DNA of 64,000 nt, from positions 152,576 through 216,575 of IMG/VR virus record IMGVR_UViG_3300027734_003164, one strand, 5' to 3'. Each line of letters opens with the position of its first letter. Within the stretch, counting starts at the first letter, position 1. Made by a program: the position numbers and the translations under genes. The DNA comes from a virus (Duplodnaviria > Caudoviricetes). The notes under the pieces were generated by a model. That model saw only the letters and a list, made by a program, of their open reading frames with translations. It was not told the DNA's origin and searched no databases. Below, in pieces: positions 38,258 through 48,824 of the stretch.

Positions 38258-40245
38258 TGGCAAATCTAGACATCAATCAAGGTTATTCACAAGCTAAAAG
38301 TAAAATTAGTGCTTACCAAACTGTAAAACAAAGTAAGGAAGACGACAAAAAACAACAAAAAGAAAAAACAAGGGCTAGTACTGATAAGAAAAAAAGCGAA
38401 GTTCAAAAATCAATCAATGATTTAAAAAAAGGTGGTCAAGACAAAAAAAATCAAATAAAAAATGAAATAAAAAGTCAGTTAGAACAACTTTTAGAGTTAT
38501 TCAAATCAACTTTACCAAGTGGTGGTGGGTCATCTTTAAAACTTTTAACTAACGTTTTTTTACAAGCGGCAACAAATACAAAATCAAAAATACAAGAAAC
38601 GTTAGTAAGTGAAATAGTTTCAACTATTGGGTGTTCTGAAGAACAATCATATGGTAGTGTTGCTAACCAACCAATTTATATAAAAGTTAATCAAGTGGAT
38701 TTATTTAAAATATTAAAAAATTCACCTGATGACGAAAATTTCAAATATCAATACGAAAAAAATACTACAAATAATGGTTCGTTTCCATATGCAATGAATC
38801 AACAACTTTATAAAAGATTACAAAACCCATCACAATCCTTTTCACAAGATAATACGGGAGGTAATGGTCAAACATATCAAGGAGCATCACAATCACAAAT
38901 TTTTGATATACAATACGTACAAAATTATTTAGGTCCAAACAACTTACAAGTTACTGGTGATTTTTTCAAAGTAACCTTAAATAATCAAGCCAATAATAGA
39001 ACGTCAGTTACTGATTTTTTACAAGATTATTATAGTAGTATAGACATTATGCCTTTTGATAATTTATCAGTAAACTTAAAAAATTTACTTACAGGTTCTT
39101 TTGATTTTTCTGCTGGTTTAAGTAGTGATGAATTAAAAGAGCAGAGCAAATTCATGACCGTTTTAAAAAGAATAATGGGGATTTGTGAAGACCCAAACAA
39201 AAAAATTGATGTTGCAGGAACATCAAAACTTAGTGACATAGATGAAATTGACGATTCTTTTTTTGATGTTACAAATCAAGAATTAATGGTTATTGAGCAA
39301 GAAATTAATAATACCATTGATGGGGTTGTTGAATTTGAAGGTTGTGAAGGAATTAAATTACCAATAGATGTTTTAGCTGATAGGAAATCTCAAGATGAAA
39401 TTATTAATGAAAACTCAAATAATTCTAAAATAGAAAAATTTGAAAAGTCATTAGATGACATTGCAAATGACCCAAAATGGAAATCTTTAGTTCCCGGTCT
39501 TGGTTTAGATTTAAACTTATTGGCATCACTTCAAAGTAATATCATTTTAGGTCTTCCAAGAATGATTTTAAAAACAATATTATCACCTAAAGTCATGTTA
39601 GGTTTTTTAATAATGGTTAAAGGAATAAAAAATGAAATATCAGAAAAATTAGACGACTTATTTGATGATTTAACAAACTTCATGAAAACATTCAAAAAGT
39701 TTATTTTAAATTTTATGAAAAAAATTACAGCAATTTTTGTTGAAGAATTATTTAAAATTCTAAAAAAACAAATTAAAACGCTGGTCGAAACAATTTTATT
39801 GGAGGTTGTTAAGGAAGCAAAAAATAAACAAATTAGTATGTATGCATCAATAGTATACATTTTATTAGTCGTTGGTCAGGCCGTTGTGGATTTTAGAAAT
39901 TGTAAAAGTGTTATAGACGAAATATTGAAACTTTTAAATTTAGGTCTTTCACAATTAAGTTTAGGACTACCTCAGTTTATATTGGCGGGGTCATCACTAC
40001 TAGGTGGGGTTTCTGATACTAGGGCTTTTTCTAATGTAATTGAGAACCTACAAAAACAAGGTCTACCCACAGGTGGTGCTCCTGATGGCGGACCTAACTT
40101 TATGAATATGTCCATGATGTCTATGGTCAAGGGTATGAATCAAGAACAAGCGGAAAATGGTAAAACGGAAATTTTTATTCCGCCATTGACTATGACACCG
40201 GCAGGTATTACATTACCATCAAAAGGAGTTGGAAAATCATATTAA
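38257..40245 (+). CDS. Hypothetical virion (tail/baseplate-region) protein
   Basis: 662 aa, directly upstream of the gp5-like gene; hydrophobic C-terminal segments. Confidence 0.55.
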   Translation: MANLDINQGYSQAKSKISAYQTVKQSKEDDKKQQKEKTRASTDKKKSEVQKSINDLKKGGQDKKNQIKNEIKSQLEQLLELFKSTLPSGGGSSLKLLTNVFLQAATNTKSKIQETLVSEIVSTIGCSEEQSYGSVANQPIYIKVNQVDLFKILKNSPDDENFKYQYEKNTTNNGSFPYAMNQQLYKRLQNPSQSFSQDNTGGNGQTYQGASQSQIFDIQYVQNYLGPNNLQVTGDFFKVTLNNQANNRTSVTDFLQDYYSSIDIMPFDNLSVNLKNLLTGSFDFSAGLSSDELKEQSKFMTVLKRIMGICEDPNKKIDVAGTSKLSDIDEIDDSFFDVTNQELMVIEQEINNTIDGVVEFEGCEGIKLPIDVLADRKSQDEIINENSNNSKIEKFEKSLDDIANDPKWKSLVPGLGLDLNLLASLQSNIILGLPRMILKTILSPKVMLGFLIMVKGIKNEISEKLDDLFDDLTNFMKTFKKFILNFMKKITAIFVEELFKILKKQIKTLVETILLEVVKEAKNKQISMYASIVYILLVVGQAVVDFRNCKSVIDEILKLLNLGLSQLSLGLPQFILAGSSLLGGVSDTRAFSNVIENLQKQGLPTGGAPDGGPNFMNMSMMSMVKGMNQEQAENGKTEIFIPPLTMTPAGITLPSKGVGKSY

Positions 40246-40450
40246 AATATCATCCGAAAAAGTTTTGGAAGTTTTATCTGAGTATAAAAAAAGACCCAAT
40301 AAAGAACTAATTGAGGTATTAGGATTTTTATATCAAGATTTTGAAAAAACAAAGGATTTAATACTCAAATTAACTCACCATTTGGACACCACTGAAGATA
40401 GTTATAACAAAATTTTAGAAGAAATAAATAAGAGAACAAATAATATATAA
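40229..40450 (+). CDS. Small hypothetical protein (start uncertain)
   Basis: 73-aa ORF with TTG start filling the gap; its stop overlaps the next ATG. Confidence 0.55.
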   Translation: MENHIKISSEKVLEVLSEYKKRPNKELIEVLGFLYQDFEKTKDLILKLTHHLDTTEDSYNKILEEINKRTNNI

Positions 40451-42039
40451 TGCCTGAAAACGACCCTCTACAGGATAGTCAGATAATATTTTTTGGTGTC
40501 TGTGTTGACAATCAAGACCCATTAATGCTTGGAAGAATACGATGTAAACCTATACAAGAAAATATTCAAGCAATGGAAGGGACAAAGCAAGGGTTTGACG
40601 AAAACAGTAAAAATACGTTGAACGGTCCTTGGGGTGAAAAAGACCCTTTTATATTTTTACCTTTTTTACCTTATTTTGTTAATCAAGTTCCAAAAGTAGA
40701 TGAGACAGTTATGATTATTTATTTTAATAATAAATTAACTAAAGGTAGAAATAGATTTTATTTAGTCGGGCCATACTCATCACCAACCACAATTTTTAAA
40801 GAAGACTATAGGTCCTCAAGAACCCATACTGATATGGGTAATTCTAACTCAAGGGCGAGTTTACCAAATATCAAAGACCCATACTCTAAAAATTATCCGA
40901 ATAATAATAATGTAGGTGTGTTTCCTGAACCTGAAGATATATCAATTAGAGGTAGAGGAACTTCTGATATGATAATAAAAAATAACGATTTATTATTAAG
41001 AGCAGGAAAACATAAACCATTTAAAACGGGTGAAATACCTGATTATGATGATAATAGAGCGTTTGTTCAATTATCAAAATTTACAAATAAATTAAAATAT
41101 GGTACACCTAAGTCTTATATTAGATTACAAAGAAATGAACAACAAATAAAATATCTTTTAGAGTATGATGTTTATAACCCTGAAAGTGCACCACAAGTTT
41201 TTCAAGGAGATGTAACAATTTATCAACTACCTGATAAAGAATCTAAAGCAACAAAAACAAACCAATTTGAGTGGGACACTGAAATAACAGGAACAACTTT
41301 ATCTAAAGTAAGAATTATAAAAATTGATTCACCATTAGGTATTGATGATTTTGCAAAGTTTATTTCAGACCAAGTTGTTGCACTAAAAGATAATCCAAGT
41401 ATTTTAATATCAAATATACCAACTAATGCCAATGTAGGTTCAAATAATAATTCAAGTAACGAACTACAATTTCCTTTTTATTATAGACCCTCAAAAAGAA
41501 TTAGAAATATTATAAAATCACTACCCGACCAAAATAACATAACCGATTTTACAAATATGAATCAGTTATTATCAAAAGTATTAATAACTACAACAGATAT
41601 TAGTCCTGGATATGGGTTGGTATTAGATAGAAAGGTTAGTCCTGAATTACCATTTTTGCCATCAAGAGAAGTTTTCACACCAATCGATACTGAAGAAATA
41701 GATAATACTGTGGGGTTGATTGGCGCATCTCAGTTATATTTACTTTCACATGATTCAGAAAATTCACAGGGTAAAATTACTTTATCAGGTTCTGTTGGAG
41801 GAATAAGTCCTGAACAAGTTTTTGATGAAATAGAACCTAAAACCTCATCGATGGTTAGAGGAGAAGAATTGTTAGAACTTTTAGAATCAATTGTTGGATT
41901 TTTAGTTAGTCACGTACACCCGTACCCGTTATTACCCCCATCAGGAGTTTCGTATGATGGCACAAGTATAGATGAATTGACCAAAAAAATGTTAGAAGCA
42001 TATCAAAAAGTTTTAAACAGTAATATTCGGATTAACTAA
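40450..42039 (+). CDS. Baseplate hub/spike protein, gp5/VgrG-like OB-fold
   Basis: FFGVCVDNQDPLMLGRIRC matches the gp5 N-terminal motif; VPKVDETVMI; C-terminal HVHP. Confidence 0.7.
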   Translation: MPENDPLQDSQIIFFGVCVDNQDPLMLGRIRCKPIQENIQAMEGTKQGFDENSKNTLNGPWGEKDPFIFLPFLPYFVNQVPKVDETVMIIYFNNKLTKGRNRFYLVGPYSSPTTIFKEDYRSSRTHTDMGNSNSRASLPNIKDPYSKNYPNNNNVGVFPEPEDISIRGRGTSDMIIKNNDLLLRAGKHKPFKTGEIPDYDDNRAFVQLSKFTNKLKYGTPKSYIRLQRNEQQIKYLLEYDVYNPESAPQVFQGDVTIYQLPDKESKATKTNQFEWDTEITGTTLSKVRIIKIDSPLGIDDFAKFISDQVVALKDNPSILISNIPTNANVGSNNNSSNELQFPFYYRPSKRIRNIIKSLPDQNNITDFTNMNQLLSKVLITTTDISPGYGLVLDRKVSPELPFLPSREVFTPIDTEEIDNTVGLIGASQLYLLSHDSENSQGKITLSGSVGGISPEQVFDEIEPKTSSMVRGEELLELLESIVGFLVSHVHPYPLLPPSGVSYDGTSIDELTKKMLEAYQKVLNSNIRIN

Positions 42040-42062
42040 CTATTTATATATAAAATAGTTTA

Positions 42063-43544
42063 ATGTCAATTTACAGGTCATATTTCGATAAAAGTAATAC
42101 TCTAATACAAAATAGTTACACCAACACAGGTAGAAACCCTATTGTTGAGTTGTTCTACGGTCGTGTTGATAATTTGAATGCCCCAACAGGATTTAGTAGA
42201 TATATTTTTGATTTAGATTTTACAGATTTACAGTCAAGAATTTCAGATAAAATTATCACTTCAGGATGTGGAACAAACTTTACCCACACTTTAAGAATGA
42301 CAAATACGTCATATTTTGATGAAAATCTTTTAAATTCAACTACATCACAAGGAAGAAGAAGAGCAACATCTTTTGACTTAGTTCTATTTAGAATACCAAA
42401 AACTTTAGGAAACTCAGGTGTTCCTCAAAATTGGGACAGCGGTGTTGGATATGATTACTACGATTATCAAGTAACAAACTTAAATGATAGGTCATATTCA
42501 CAAAGACCTTCCAATTGGTTTGAAACAACAACGATAAGTGGTTGGAGTGTTAGTGGTATATATGATAATACCAACTCAAAAACTGGTTCATTATCGGGAT
42601 TAAATTATTCGGCATTAACAATCGTAGCAACACAACATTTTGAATTTGGTAATGAAGATATTGAATTTAACATGACAAATGAAATAAATAACATTTTAAA
42701 TGGTACATTAACTGGTGTCACAGGATGGGGAATCGCATTCTATCCTGATGTTGAAAATATTAATGGATTGACTGAAAATTATTCAGTAGGGTTTTTCTCC
42801 CCTCACACTCAAACTTTTTATGAACCATTTTTAGAAACTAATTATAACGATTTAATTATTGATGATAGAAACAAATTTTATTCAGGTAATAATAATGAAT
42901 TGTATTTGTATGTGTATGAAAATGGAAATGCTGTTAATTTAGATAATTTACCAACGGTTGATATATTTGACTTGAATGGTGTTGCAGTACCAGGGTTTAC
43001 GGGATTATCCACTTGCCAAGTAACTAAAGGAGTTTACAAGTGTTCGGTAAACAATCTAACAGCATCGACAATACCTTGTTTATATTATGATGTTTGGAAG
43101 GGGTTGTCAGTAAGTTCTACGTCAATTTCTAACGTGACTTTAGAATTTGCATTATTAGCTAAAAATGGAAACTTCCAAATAGGTTCTGTTACTCAACAAC
43201 CAAAAATTTATGGTTTCGAATTTAATGGGATTAGACAAAACGAAAAAGTATTAAATACTGATATAAGAAAAGTCAACGTAATTATAAAACAAGCATATTC
43301 AACAAACACACCACTAACAACAGTAGAGGCATATTATAGAATTTATGTAAGGGAAGGCGCAAGTACTGAAGTTCAAGTACAAGATTGGACAAGAGTTAAT
43401 GAAGTTCCTGATGGATTTTATTTTATTTTTGACACTACAGACAAAATACCAAATGAATATTTTGTTGATATTAAAGTTGTAAGTGATAGGAATGTAGAAA
43501 CTTATAAAAGAGAATTACAGTTTCAAATTGTAAATAAAAAATAA
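42063..43544 (+). CDS. Hypothetical virion structural protein
   Basis: 493 aa; late motif 14 nt upstream; YFDKSNTL...WDSGVG...YEPFLETNYND pattern. Confidence 0.6.
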   Translation: MSIYRSYFDKSNTLIQNSYTNTGRNPIVELFYGRVDNLNAPTGFSRYIFDLDFTDLQSRISDKIITSGCGTNFTHTLRMTNTSYFDENLLNSTTSQGRRRATSFDLVLFRIPKTLGNSGVPQNWDSGVGYDYYDYQVTNLNDRSYSQRPSNWFETTTISGWSVSGIYDNTNSKTGSLSGLNYSALTIVATQHFEFGNEDIEFNMTNEINNILNGTLTGVTGWGIAFYPDVENINGLTENYSVGFFSPHTQTFYEPFLETNYNDLIIDDRNKFYSGNNNELYLYVYENGNAVNLDNLPTVDIFDLNGVAVPGFTGLSTCQVTKGVYKCSVNNLTASTIPCLYYDVWKGLSVSSTSISNVTLEFALLAKNGNFQIGSVTQQPKIYGFEFNGIRQNEKVLNTDIRKVNVIIKQAYSTNTPLTTVEAYYRIYVREGASTEVQVQDWTRVNEVPDGFYFIFDTTDKIPNEYFVDIKVVSDRNVETYKRELQFQIVNKK

Positions 43545-43569
43545 ACGTATATTTATAAAATAAAATATT

Positions 43570-43761
43570 ATGCCAACAACAGCTTGTACTTCATATTATA
43601 ACACTGTACTAATAGGTTACGTACCTGGTTCAGGTAATACCGTGGGAAACGTAGTTACGTTTAATACACCTAAACCTGATTACGGCACCGTAACTAATGA
43701 CAGTACTAATTTACAATGTAATGCCGTCACATTGGGTGGATTTAATGGTCTAAATAACTAG
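43570..43761 (+). CDS. Small hypothetical late protein
   Basis: 63 aa; late motif 12 nt upstream. Confidence 0.55.
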   Translation: MPTTACTSYYNTVLIGYVPGSGNTVGNVVTFNTPKPDYGTVTNDSTNLQCNAVTLGGFNGLNN

Positions 43762-43763
43762 AT

Positions 43764-44231
43764 ATGAAAAATTTAAACTATATAATAAAAAAAGTAATAA
43801 GAGAGACTCAAGAAGAAAAATCTTCAAGATATATGTTTTTTTCTAATTTACAACAAATGAGAAGACAATGTGATATGTTATTAGAGATGGACCATTCTAT
43901 GATAGAAAACATTTTAGAAAATGGTCACGATTGGGCTCAAGACCATATTGCTGAAGCAAAAAATAACATGGACCAAGTATTTGACTTTTTAATGAATGAA
44001 ACTAAAAAAGATAATATGAACATGTCTATGAATTTTGACGACGAAGATATTATGATGTCGGAAGGTAGAAAAAAAACAGGAACTAAATTATGTGCCCGTG
44101 GTAAGGCATCTGCAAAGGCGAAGTATGACGTGTACCCAAGTGCTTACGCAAATGGCCACGCAATACAAGTATGTAAAGGTAAAGTAAAAGGATTAGACGG
44201 CAAAAAAAGGTGTTCACCACCTTATTGTTAA
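43764..44231 (+). CDS. Hypothetical probable internal head protein
   Basis: N-terminal IIKKVIRE; C-terminal CARGK...YPSAYANG..C motif. Confidence 0.6.
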   Translation: MKNLNYIIKKVIRETQEEKSSRYMFFSNLQQMRRQCDMLLEMDHSMIENILENGHDWAQDHIAEAKNNMDQVFDFLMNETKKDNMNMSMNFDDEDIMMSEGRKKTGTKLCARGKASAKAKYDVYPSAYANGHAIQVCKGKVKGLDGKKRCSPPYC

Positions 44232-45181
44232 ATACTATTTAAAATACGATTAATAATAATATCTAAGGACTCATTTTGGGTCCTTTTCTTTTTTGGTTTG
44301 TATGAAGTCATAATAGGTTTTTGGCCTTTACCTGTTTGTGTGTCTTTGGACTCCGCCTTTCTTTTTTGTTGACAAGCCGCTTTTTTTTCTGAATCAGTCA
44401 TTTTACCCGCAACTCCCGCCGCCCTACATTTTGGGTATGCCCCTTTATTTGTATCGGGTCTACCACAAGGGGGGTGTTTACCGTCGACTTTTCTACAAAT
44501 ATTTACCCATGGACCTTTTGGATGGGATGAACCTTTTGGTTTTTTCTTTTTACCAAACCATACGGCCAAATCTTCATTAATTGCGTGGGCATCATGGATG
44601 TCCAAATCATAAGAACCATCTTTATTTTTTTCCCAATGACCAATATATGATTTAATGTTATTCTTTAGTGTTTTTTGTTTTTTTTGGTGGTTAAATTCAG
44701 TATCCGCAAATTCATAAAAGGGTCCTAATTCGGATTTTTTCCATTTTTTTAAACCTATACCTATTGGACCATTGTATCCACCAGCGCTTACAGCGGTAGA
44801 AATTTCATTTAAATTAAGATTATCTAAATCAACCCATTCTTTAATTGGTACAATCGTTTTATTTTTACCCGGATATTGATTAATTATATTACCGTCTTCA
44901 TCACTAAATGTTGCGTTAGGATGATTTTTAATATAATTATATATTTTATTCGCGATTTTTTCTTCTTTATCTATTTGTTTTTTAGTCCTTTCCATTTTAC
45001 CATCATATGAATCATAAGATAAATCAGGACTTTTGTATTTTGAGTCAGCAACCGTAAATGGGGCTAATACATTTTTTTTAAAGTATCTTTCACCAGGTAT
45101 TAAAGGTGTAATATAACTACCTCTAGAACCACCGGAGGATGTTGCTTCATTTAAAATCTTTTTAATTATATAATCAATCAT
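44228..45181 (-). CDS. Hypothetical probable internal head protein
   Basis: IIKKILNE N-terminus, further LNE and INE sites, Cys/Lys-rich WF..WVNIC..CGR..YPKC domain. Confidence 0.6.
   Translation of the reverse strand: MIDYIIKKILNEATSSGGSRGSYITPLIPGERYFKKNVLAPFTVADSKYKSPDLSYDSYDGKMERTKKQIDKEEKIANKIYNYIKNHPNATFSDEDGNIINQYPGKNKTIVPIKEWVDLDNLNLNEISTAVSAGGYNGPIGIGLKKWKKSELGPFYEFADTEFNHQKKQKTLKNNIKSYIGHWEKNKDGSYDLDIHDAHAINEDLAVWFGKKKKPKGSSHPKGPWVNICRKVDGKHPPCGRPDTNKGAYPKCRAAGVAGKMTDSEKKAACQQKRKAESKDTQTGKGQKPIMTSYKPKKKRTQNESLDIIINRILNSI
44265..44294 (+). terminator. Possible intrinsic terminator for the 42063-44231 unit
   Basis: AAGGACTC-ATTTT-GGGTCCTT followed by a T-rich run; lies inside the opposite-strand CDS. 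Confidence 0.4.
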
Positions 45182-45203
45182 ACTAATAAATATTTGTTTA
45201 ATA

Positions 45204-45232
45204 AAAAAAGGTCAGAATAATCTGACCTTTTT
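45204..45232 (-). terminator. Intrinsic terminator after the major capsid gene
   Basis: AAAAAGGTCAGA-TTAT-TCTGACCTTTTT followed by further Ts on the minus strand. Confidence 0.88.
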
Positions 45233-45254
45233 CTTATATTAACCTTTAAATTGA

Positions 45255-47072
45255 TTATCTCAATTCTCTCAAGTCAAATGTTCTAACTCCATCAACTGTG
45301 ATACGTCCGTAGAAACGGTTATTAACCATTTTCTTAGCGTAACGTGTCATAATACCTTTAATAGGTGTAAAGTTGAATGGGTTGTACATTGTAGGAGTTA
45401 ATTGTAGAGGTACATATGGTGCGTAAACGTACCCTGTATCAAGAAGTGATGTTCCTTTGTGTCCAATTAACACTTGGTTAGCTGGGAAGTAAGGGTCACG
45501 ATATACTTGGTAACGTCCTGCCAATGTTCCAACTCTTTCAATACCCATGTTGTATTGGTCTTGGTCAGGAGATGCGTTAGATACGTGGAAGTATTCTAAG
45601 TCATCAAAGATTGCAGAAACCTCAGAAGATACAACAATCCAGTTTGCCCCACCTCTTAAAGTAGATTTGTGGATTTGTGCTGACAATTGATTAATCGCTG
45701 TAACCAATGTTTGGTTCCAATCTTTTTGTGTGTATTGAGTTAATGGGTTTGCAGTTGTTCCTCGTTTCCATCCATTATAATCCCAACGTAATTGCCAAGC
45801 CGCACCTTTTCTCAAGTCACGTAAAATTTCACGGTCGATTTCTGCCGCTACTTGCTCAGATAATAAAGCCGTTAATTCGGCCTCAGCGTCGATATTGTGG
45901 AATGCAGAAACGTCTTGTGCCAATTCTGGAGACCATTGTGCTCTTAGTTTTCTTTCTGTAACAGATACAGTAACTGACTCAAGGTCAAAAGAAACTTCAC
46001 CAATTTTGTCTTCAAATTCCAATTCTTCATATACTCTAAAAGTACTTGTAAATTGTGAACCTGCAGTTGCTAAACCTGCAATAGTCGTAGTAAATCCTGT
46101 ATAACCATCTAACGAATCTGCAGTGATTGAAGCTGGTGTCGAAATATCAATTTCTAAATAGATAGTTCCTGTTACATCACAAATATTATCGTAGTAACCG
46201 TTATTACCACCGTAAGAACCTGCAGAACCAGGGAATGATGATTGTGTAGAAGAACCGTAAGCAACAATACCTTTTCCATATTTTTGAGTTACAACTCTGA
46301 AAAGTAGGTCAGAAGAACCTAAACCTGAGAATGCTCCACCTGCTGTAGTAACAGCGTTTACTGATAAATCCGCCAAGAATGATTCATTATCCATGATTTG
46401 ACCATCAGGTCCAATAAGTTTTCCAGCACCAGCACTAGTAAATCCTGTAACAGCCAACAATACTTTTCTGTATGTACCTGCAGTGTATCCTGAATTTACT
46501 AAAGAACCACTTGACCATACCACAGTAGTAGGGTTAACAGTAACCGCACTAAATCTACCTTTAGAATAGTCAAATAACCCTGGAGGGTCTAGTGTTGGTT
46601 CATTACCTTCGTAGAATCTATCGTAAAGGTTTTTATCATTTGTTGAGTATCCAACTTGTGGGTTTGCAGGACCGTTAGGTGCCCCAAAAGGTGCATAGTG
46701 AGTACCACCTGCAGTTGGGTCTTGACCTTGGTCATAAGCTTGGATTTTAGGGATAAAGTAGAACAATTTACCGATAGGTAAGTTCATTGCTTGTACCGAT
46801 ACTAAATCATTAGCCAATAATTTAGAGAATACACGTCTAACGATAGGGAAAACTACAGTTTCGAAAGAACCTGAACTATCTGAAGACGCTGCTTCGTTAA
46901 TTAGGTGAGACGCTTGGTTTTCATATAACTGTGCCATGTTCTCTTTGACGTGTCCTTTAAGACCGTCTAGGAATCCTAATCTATCCCATTTGTTAATTGT
47001 ATCTTCTTTGATAACTTTAAGGTGTTTTAACCCGATGTTACCAACAAGACCTGATTCTAATAATGCTCCCAT
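45255..47072 (-). CDS. Major capsid protein (T4 gp23-like)
   Basis: LVSVQAMNLPIG, RKLRAQWSPELAQD, EIDREI, GYVYAPYVPL, GIMTRY; predicted maturation site LINE60. Confidence 0.95.
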   Translation of the reverse strand: MGALLESGLVGNIGLKHLKVIKEDTINKWDRLGFLDGLKGHVKENMAQLYENQASHLINEAASSDSSGSFETVVFPIVRRVFSKLLANDLVSVQAMNLPIGKLFYFIPKIQAYDQGQDPTAGGTHYAPFGAPNGPANPQVGYSTNDKNLYDRFYEGNEPTLDPPGLFDYSKGRFSAVTVNPTTVVWSSGSLVNSGYTAGTYRKVLLAVTGFTSAGAGKLIGPDGQIMDNESFLADLSVNAVTTAGGAFSGLGSSDLLFRVVTQKYGKGIVAYGSSTQSSFPGSAGSYGGNNGYYDNICDVTGTIYLEIDISTPASITADSLDGYTGFTTTIAGLATAGSQFTSTFRVYEELEFEDKIGEVSFDLESVTVSVTERKLRAQWSPELAQDVSAFHNIDAEAELTALLSEQVAAEIDREILRDLRKGAAWQLRWDYNGWKRGTTANPLTQYTQKDWNQTLVTAINQLSAQIHKSTLRGGANWIVVSSEVSAIFDDLEYFHVSNASPDQDQYNMGIERVGTLAGRYQVYRDPYFPANQVLIGHKGTSLLDTGYVYAPYVPLQLTPTMYNPFNFTPIKGIMTRYAKKMVNNRFYGRITVDGVRTFDLRELR

Positions 47073-47098
47073 TTTTTAATTTTTTTTAGAGTTTATTT

Positions 47099-48463
47099 TT
47101 ATTTTATTTTGTTCATTAAATCCTTCATTCTCATAAATTGAGGATTTTCGTAAGCTTTAGATTCAATCAAGTTTGATGATGAACCATTACTTGGAGTTTT
47201 AACAACTTTTTGTGCAATAGATTCGTTCATCATAGAGTTTGGTGATTCACCAATTTCTTCTTTGATTGTTCTGTAAAGTGATTTTGATTCTTTCAAAGAT
47301 TCAACAGTGTCAAATCTTCTTAAGATGTTGATTTTTTCTTGTTTTGTTGTTGAGTGTTCTGTAAACAATCTAGTAGCGTAAGCCAAATTAGAATTGAAAA
47401 TTGCAACTTCATTTAATTTATTTCTAAAAAAGTCTAATGCTTTTCTATACTCTTCATTTTTTTCTTTTAAAGTTTCCAATTCACGAGATTCAAACGTTAA
47501 ATTTCTGTTTGGAGTGATTGCTTGTCTTAAACCTCTACCTTTTTTAGAACCATTTCCATAAGTTCTAGAAGCTTCAGTTGCTTCAACTTCATCATCTTCC
47601 TCTTCGTCCATCCATCCGTCTGAAATTTCATCTTCGTCTGTTTCAGTAACACCGTGTTTTAATTTTGAAGGATAAATTTTGGTTTTAAGTTTTCCAATTT
47701 TACCTTTCGCTTTAAACGCCTCAACAACATTTTCAAGTGATTCTTGGTCGATTTCATAAACTTCTTCATCCATGCCCATTTCTTCGTTATAGTCCATTTC
47801 ATCCATATACATTTCATTCATGCCCATATCTTCGTTATAGTCCATTTCATCCATATACATTTCATCCATGTTCATGTCTTCGTTATAGTCCATTTCATTC
47901 GCCATCGAATCGTCTTCAAAAACCAACTCATATGTTGTATTTTCAGCCATGTTTTCGACAGGTTGTTCTGCAGGCATTTCAGGTTCGTCAACTTCCATAC
48001 TGATTAGATATTCGGTATTTGCTTTACCGTCTTTCAAGTGAACATAATTACCATCTTTTTGAATGATAAAACCATCTTCATCTCCCATCGCTTTGAAAAC
48101 TTTCATAACGTCGGACATTGGTGATTTTGTCATATCAAGTGGAGGTAGTTCTTCAGTTGGGCCTTCAGGAGCTCCTTCCATACCATTATCAGTACTTGGT
48201 GCCGGTAGTGCTTCCACTTCCTCTTCACCCGATACTTCTACTTCTTCTCCTTCTTCTTCTGAACCTTGTGGTTGTTCACCACCTTGTGCCTGTTCTTTTA
48301 AGGATTTTTTAGAACCCATTATAGATTCTCTTACTAATTCGCCGATTTCTTGTTTCATGGTTGAAGCAAGTATTCCTTTTGCATTTTCACTAATCGCCTC
48401 TTCGATGGTCTTCATTTGTAATAAAGCCTCCTCTACTAACGATTCTGATTTTCTGTTACTCAT
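47099..48463 (-). CDS. Prohead scaffolding/core protein (gp22-like)
   Basis: Very acidic, many xxE cleavage-type sites, coiled-coil C-terminus, directly upstream of the MCP. Confidence 0.75.
   Translation of the reverse strand: MSNRKSESLVEEALLQMKTIEEAISENAKGILASTMKQEIGELVRESIMGSKKSLKEQAQGGEQPQGSEEEGEEVEVSGEEEVEALPAPSTDNGMEGAPEGPTEELPPLDMTKSPMSDVMKVFKAMGDEDGFIIQKDGNYVHLKDGKANTEYLISMEVDEPEMPAEQPVENMAENTTYELVFEDDSMANEMDYNEDMNMDEMYMDEMDYNEDMGMNEMYMDEMDYNEEMGMDEEVYEIDQESLENVVEAFKAKGKIGKLKTKIYPSKLKHGVTETDEDEISDGWMDEEEDDEVEATEASRTYGNGSKKGRGLRQAITPNRNLTFESRELETLKEKNEEYRKALDFFRNKLNEVAIFNSNLAYATRLFTEHSTTKQEKINILRRFDTVESLKESKSLYRTIKEEIGESPNSMMNESIAQKVVKTPSNGSSSNLIESKAYENPQFMRMKDLMNKIK
47766..47897 (-). 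repeat. 48-bp tandem repeat (about 2.7 copies) encoding a Met/acidic 16-mer
   Basis: EMDYNEDMNMDEMYMD / EMDYNEDMGMNEMYMD / EMDYNEEMGMDE. Confidence 0.85.
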
Positions 48464-48558
48464 TTAAAAAAGCATATAATTTTGCGTTTATTTTTATAAT
48501 AAATATATCTATATTCCAAAAAGTTTGTTTTTTATATGAAAAACCGTTAAAAAATAAA

Positions 48559-48581
48559 AAAGGTCCCTTTTGGGGACCTTT
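48559..48581 (-). terminator. Intrinsic terminator
   Basis: AAAGGTCCC stem with short loop, followed by TTTTTATTTTT on the minus strand. Confidence 0.85.
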
Positions 48582-48602
48582 ATAAAAATGTTAAGAATTT
48601 TC

Positions 48603-48812
48603 TTATTCAATAACCTCGTCAATTTTACTTTCAACGATTGCAGTGATTCTCCAATCCATTGAGTAACTTTCATAAGCTTTAGTTACTTTAGCTTCAACGT
48701 CTGTTGGTGAAAAACCTTTAACCAATTTTTCTTCTCTAATTTTTTTGATTTTACCTGTGTTATCATCAACCATATCAGTTGTGATTTTTGCTACAAAATA
48801 CTTTTCGTCCAT
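48603..48812 (-). CDS. DUF4494-like small protein
   Basis: YFVAKI...GKIKKIREEKLVKGFSPTDVEAKV resembles the Bacteroidota DUF4494 pattern (WFECK...KKV.E.YLV.A.SFTEAE). Confidence 0.6.
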   Translation of the reverse strand: MDEKYFVAKITTDMVDDNTGKIKKIREEKLVKGFSPTDVEAKVTKAYESYSMDWRITAIVESKIDEVIE

Positions 48813-48824
48813 AATTTAATTTTT

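Noticed and set aside
47766-47897. CRISPR-like array
   Set aside because: The units are contiguous coding repeats without unique spacers; no CRISPR array was seen anywhere in the window.
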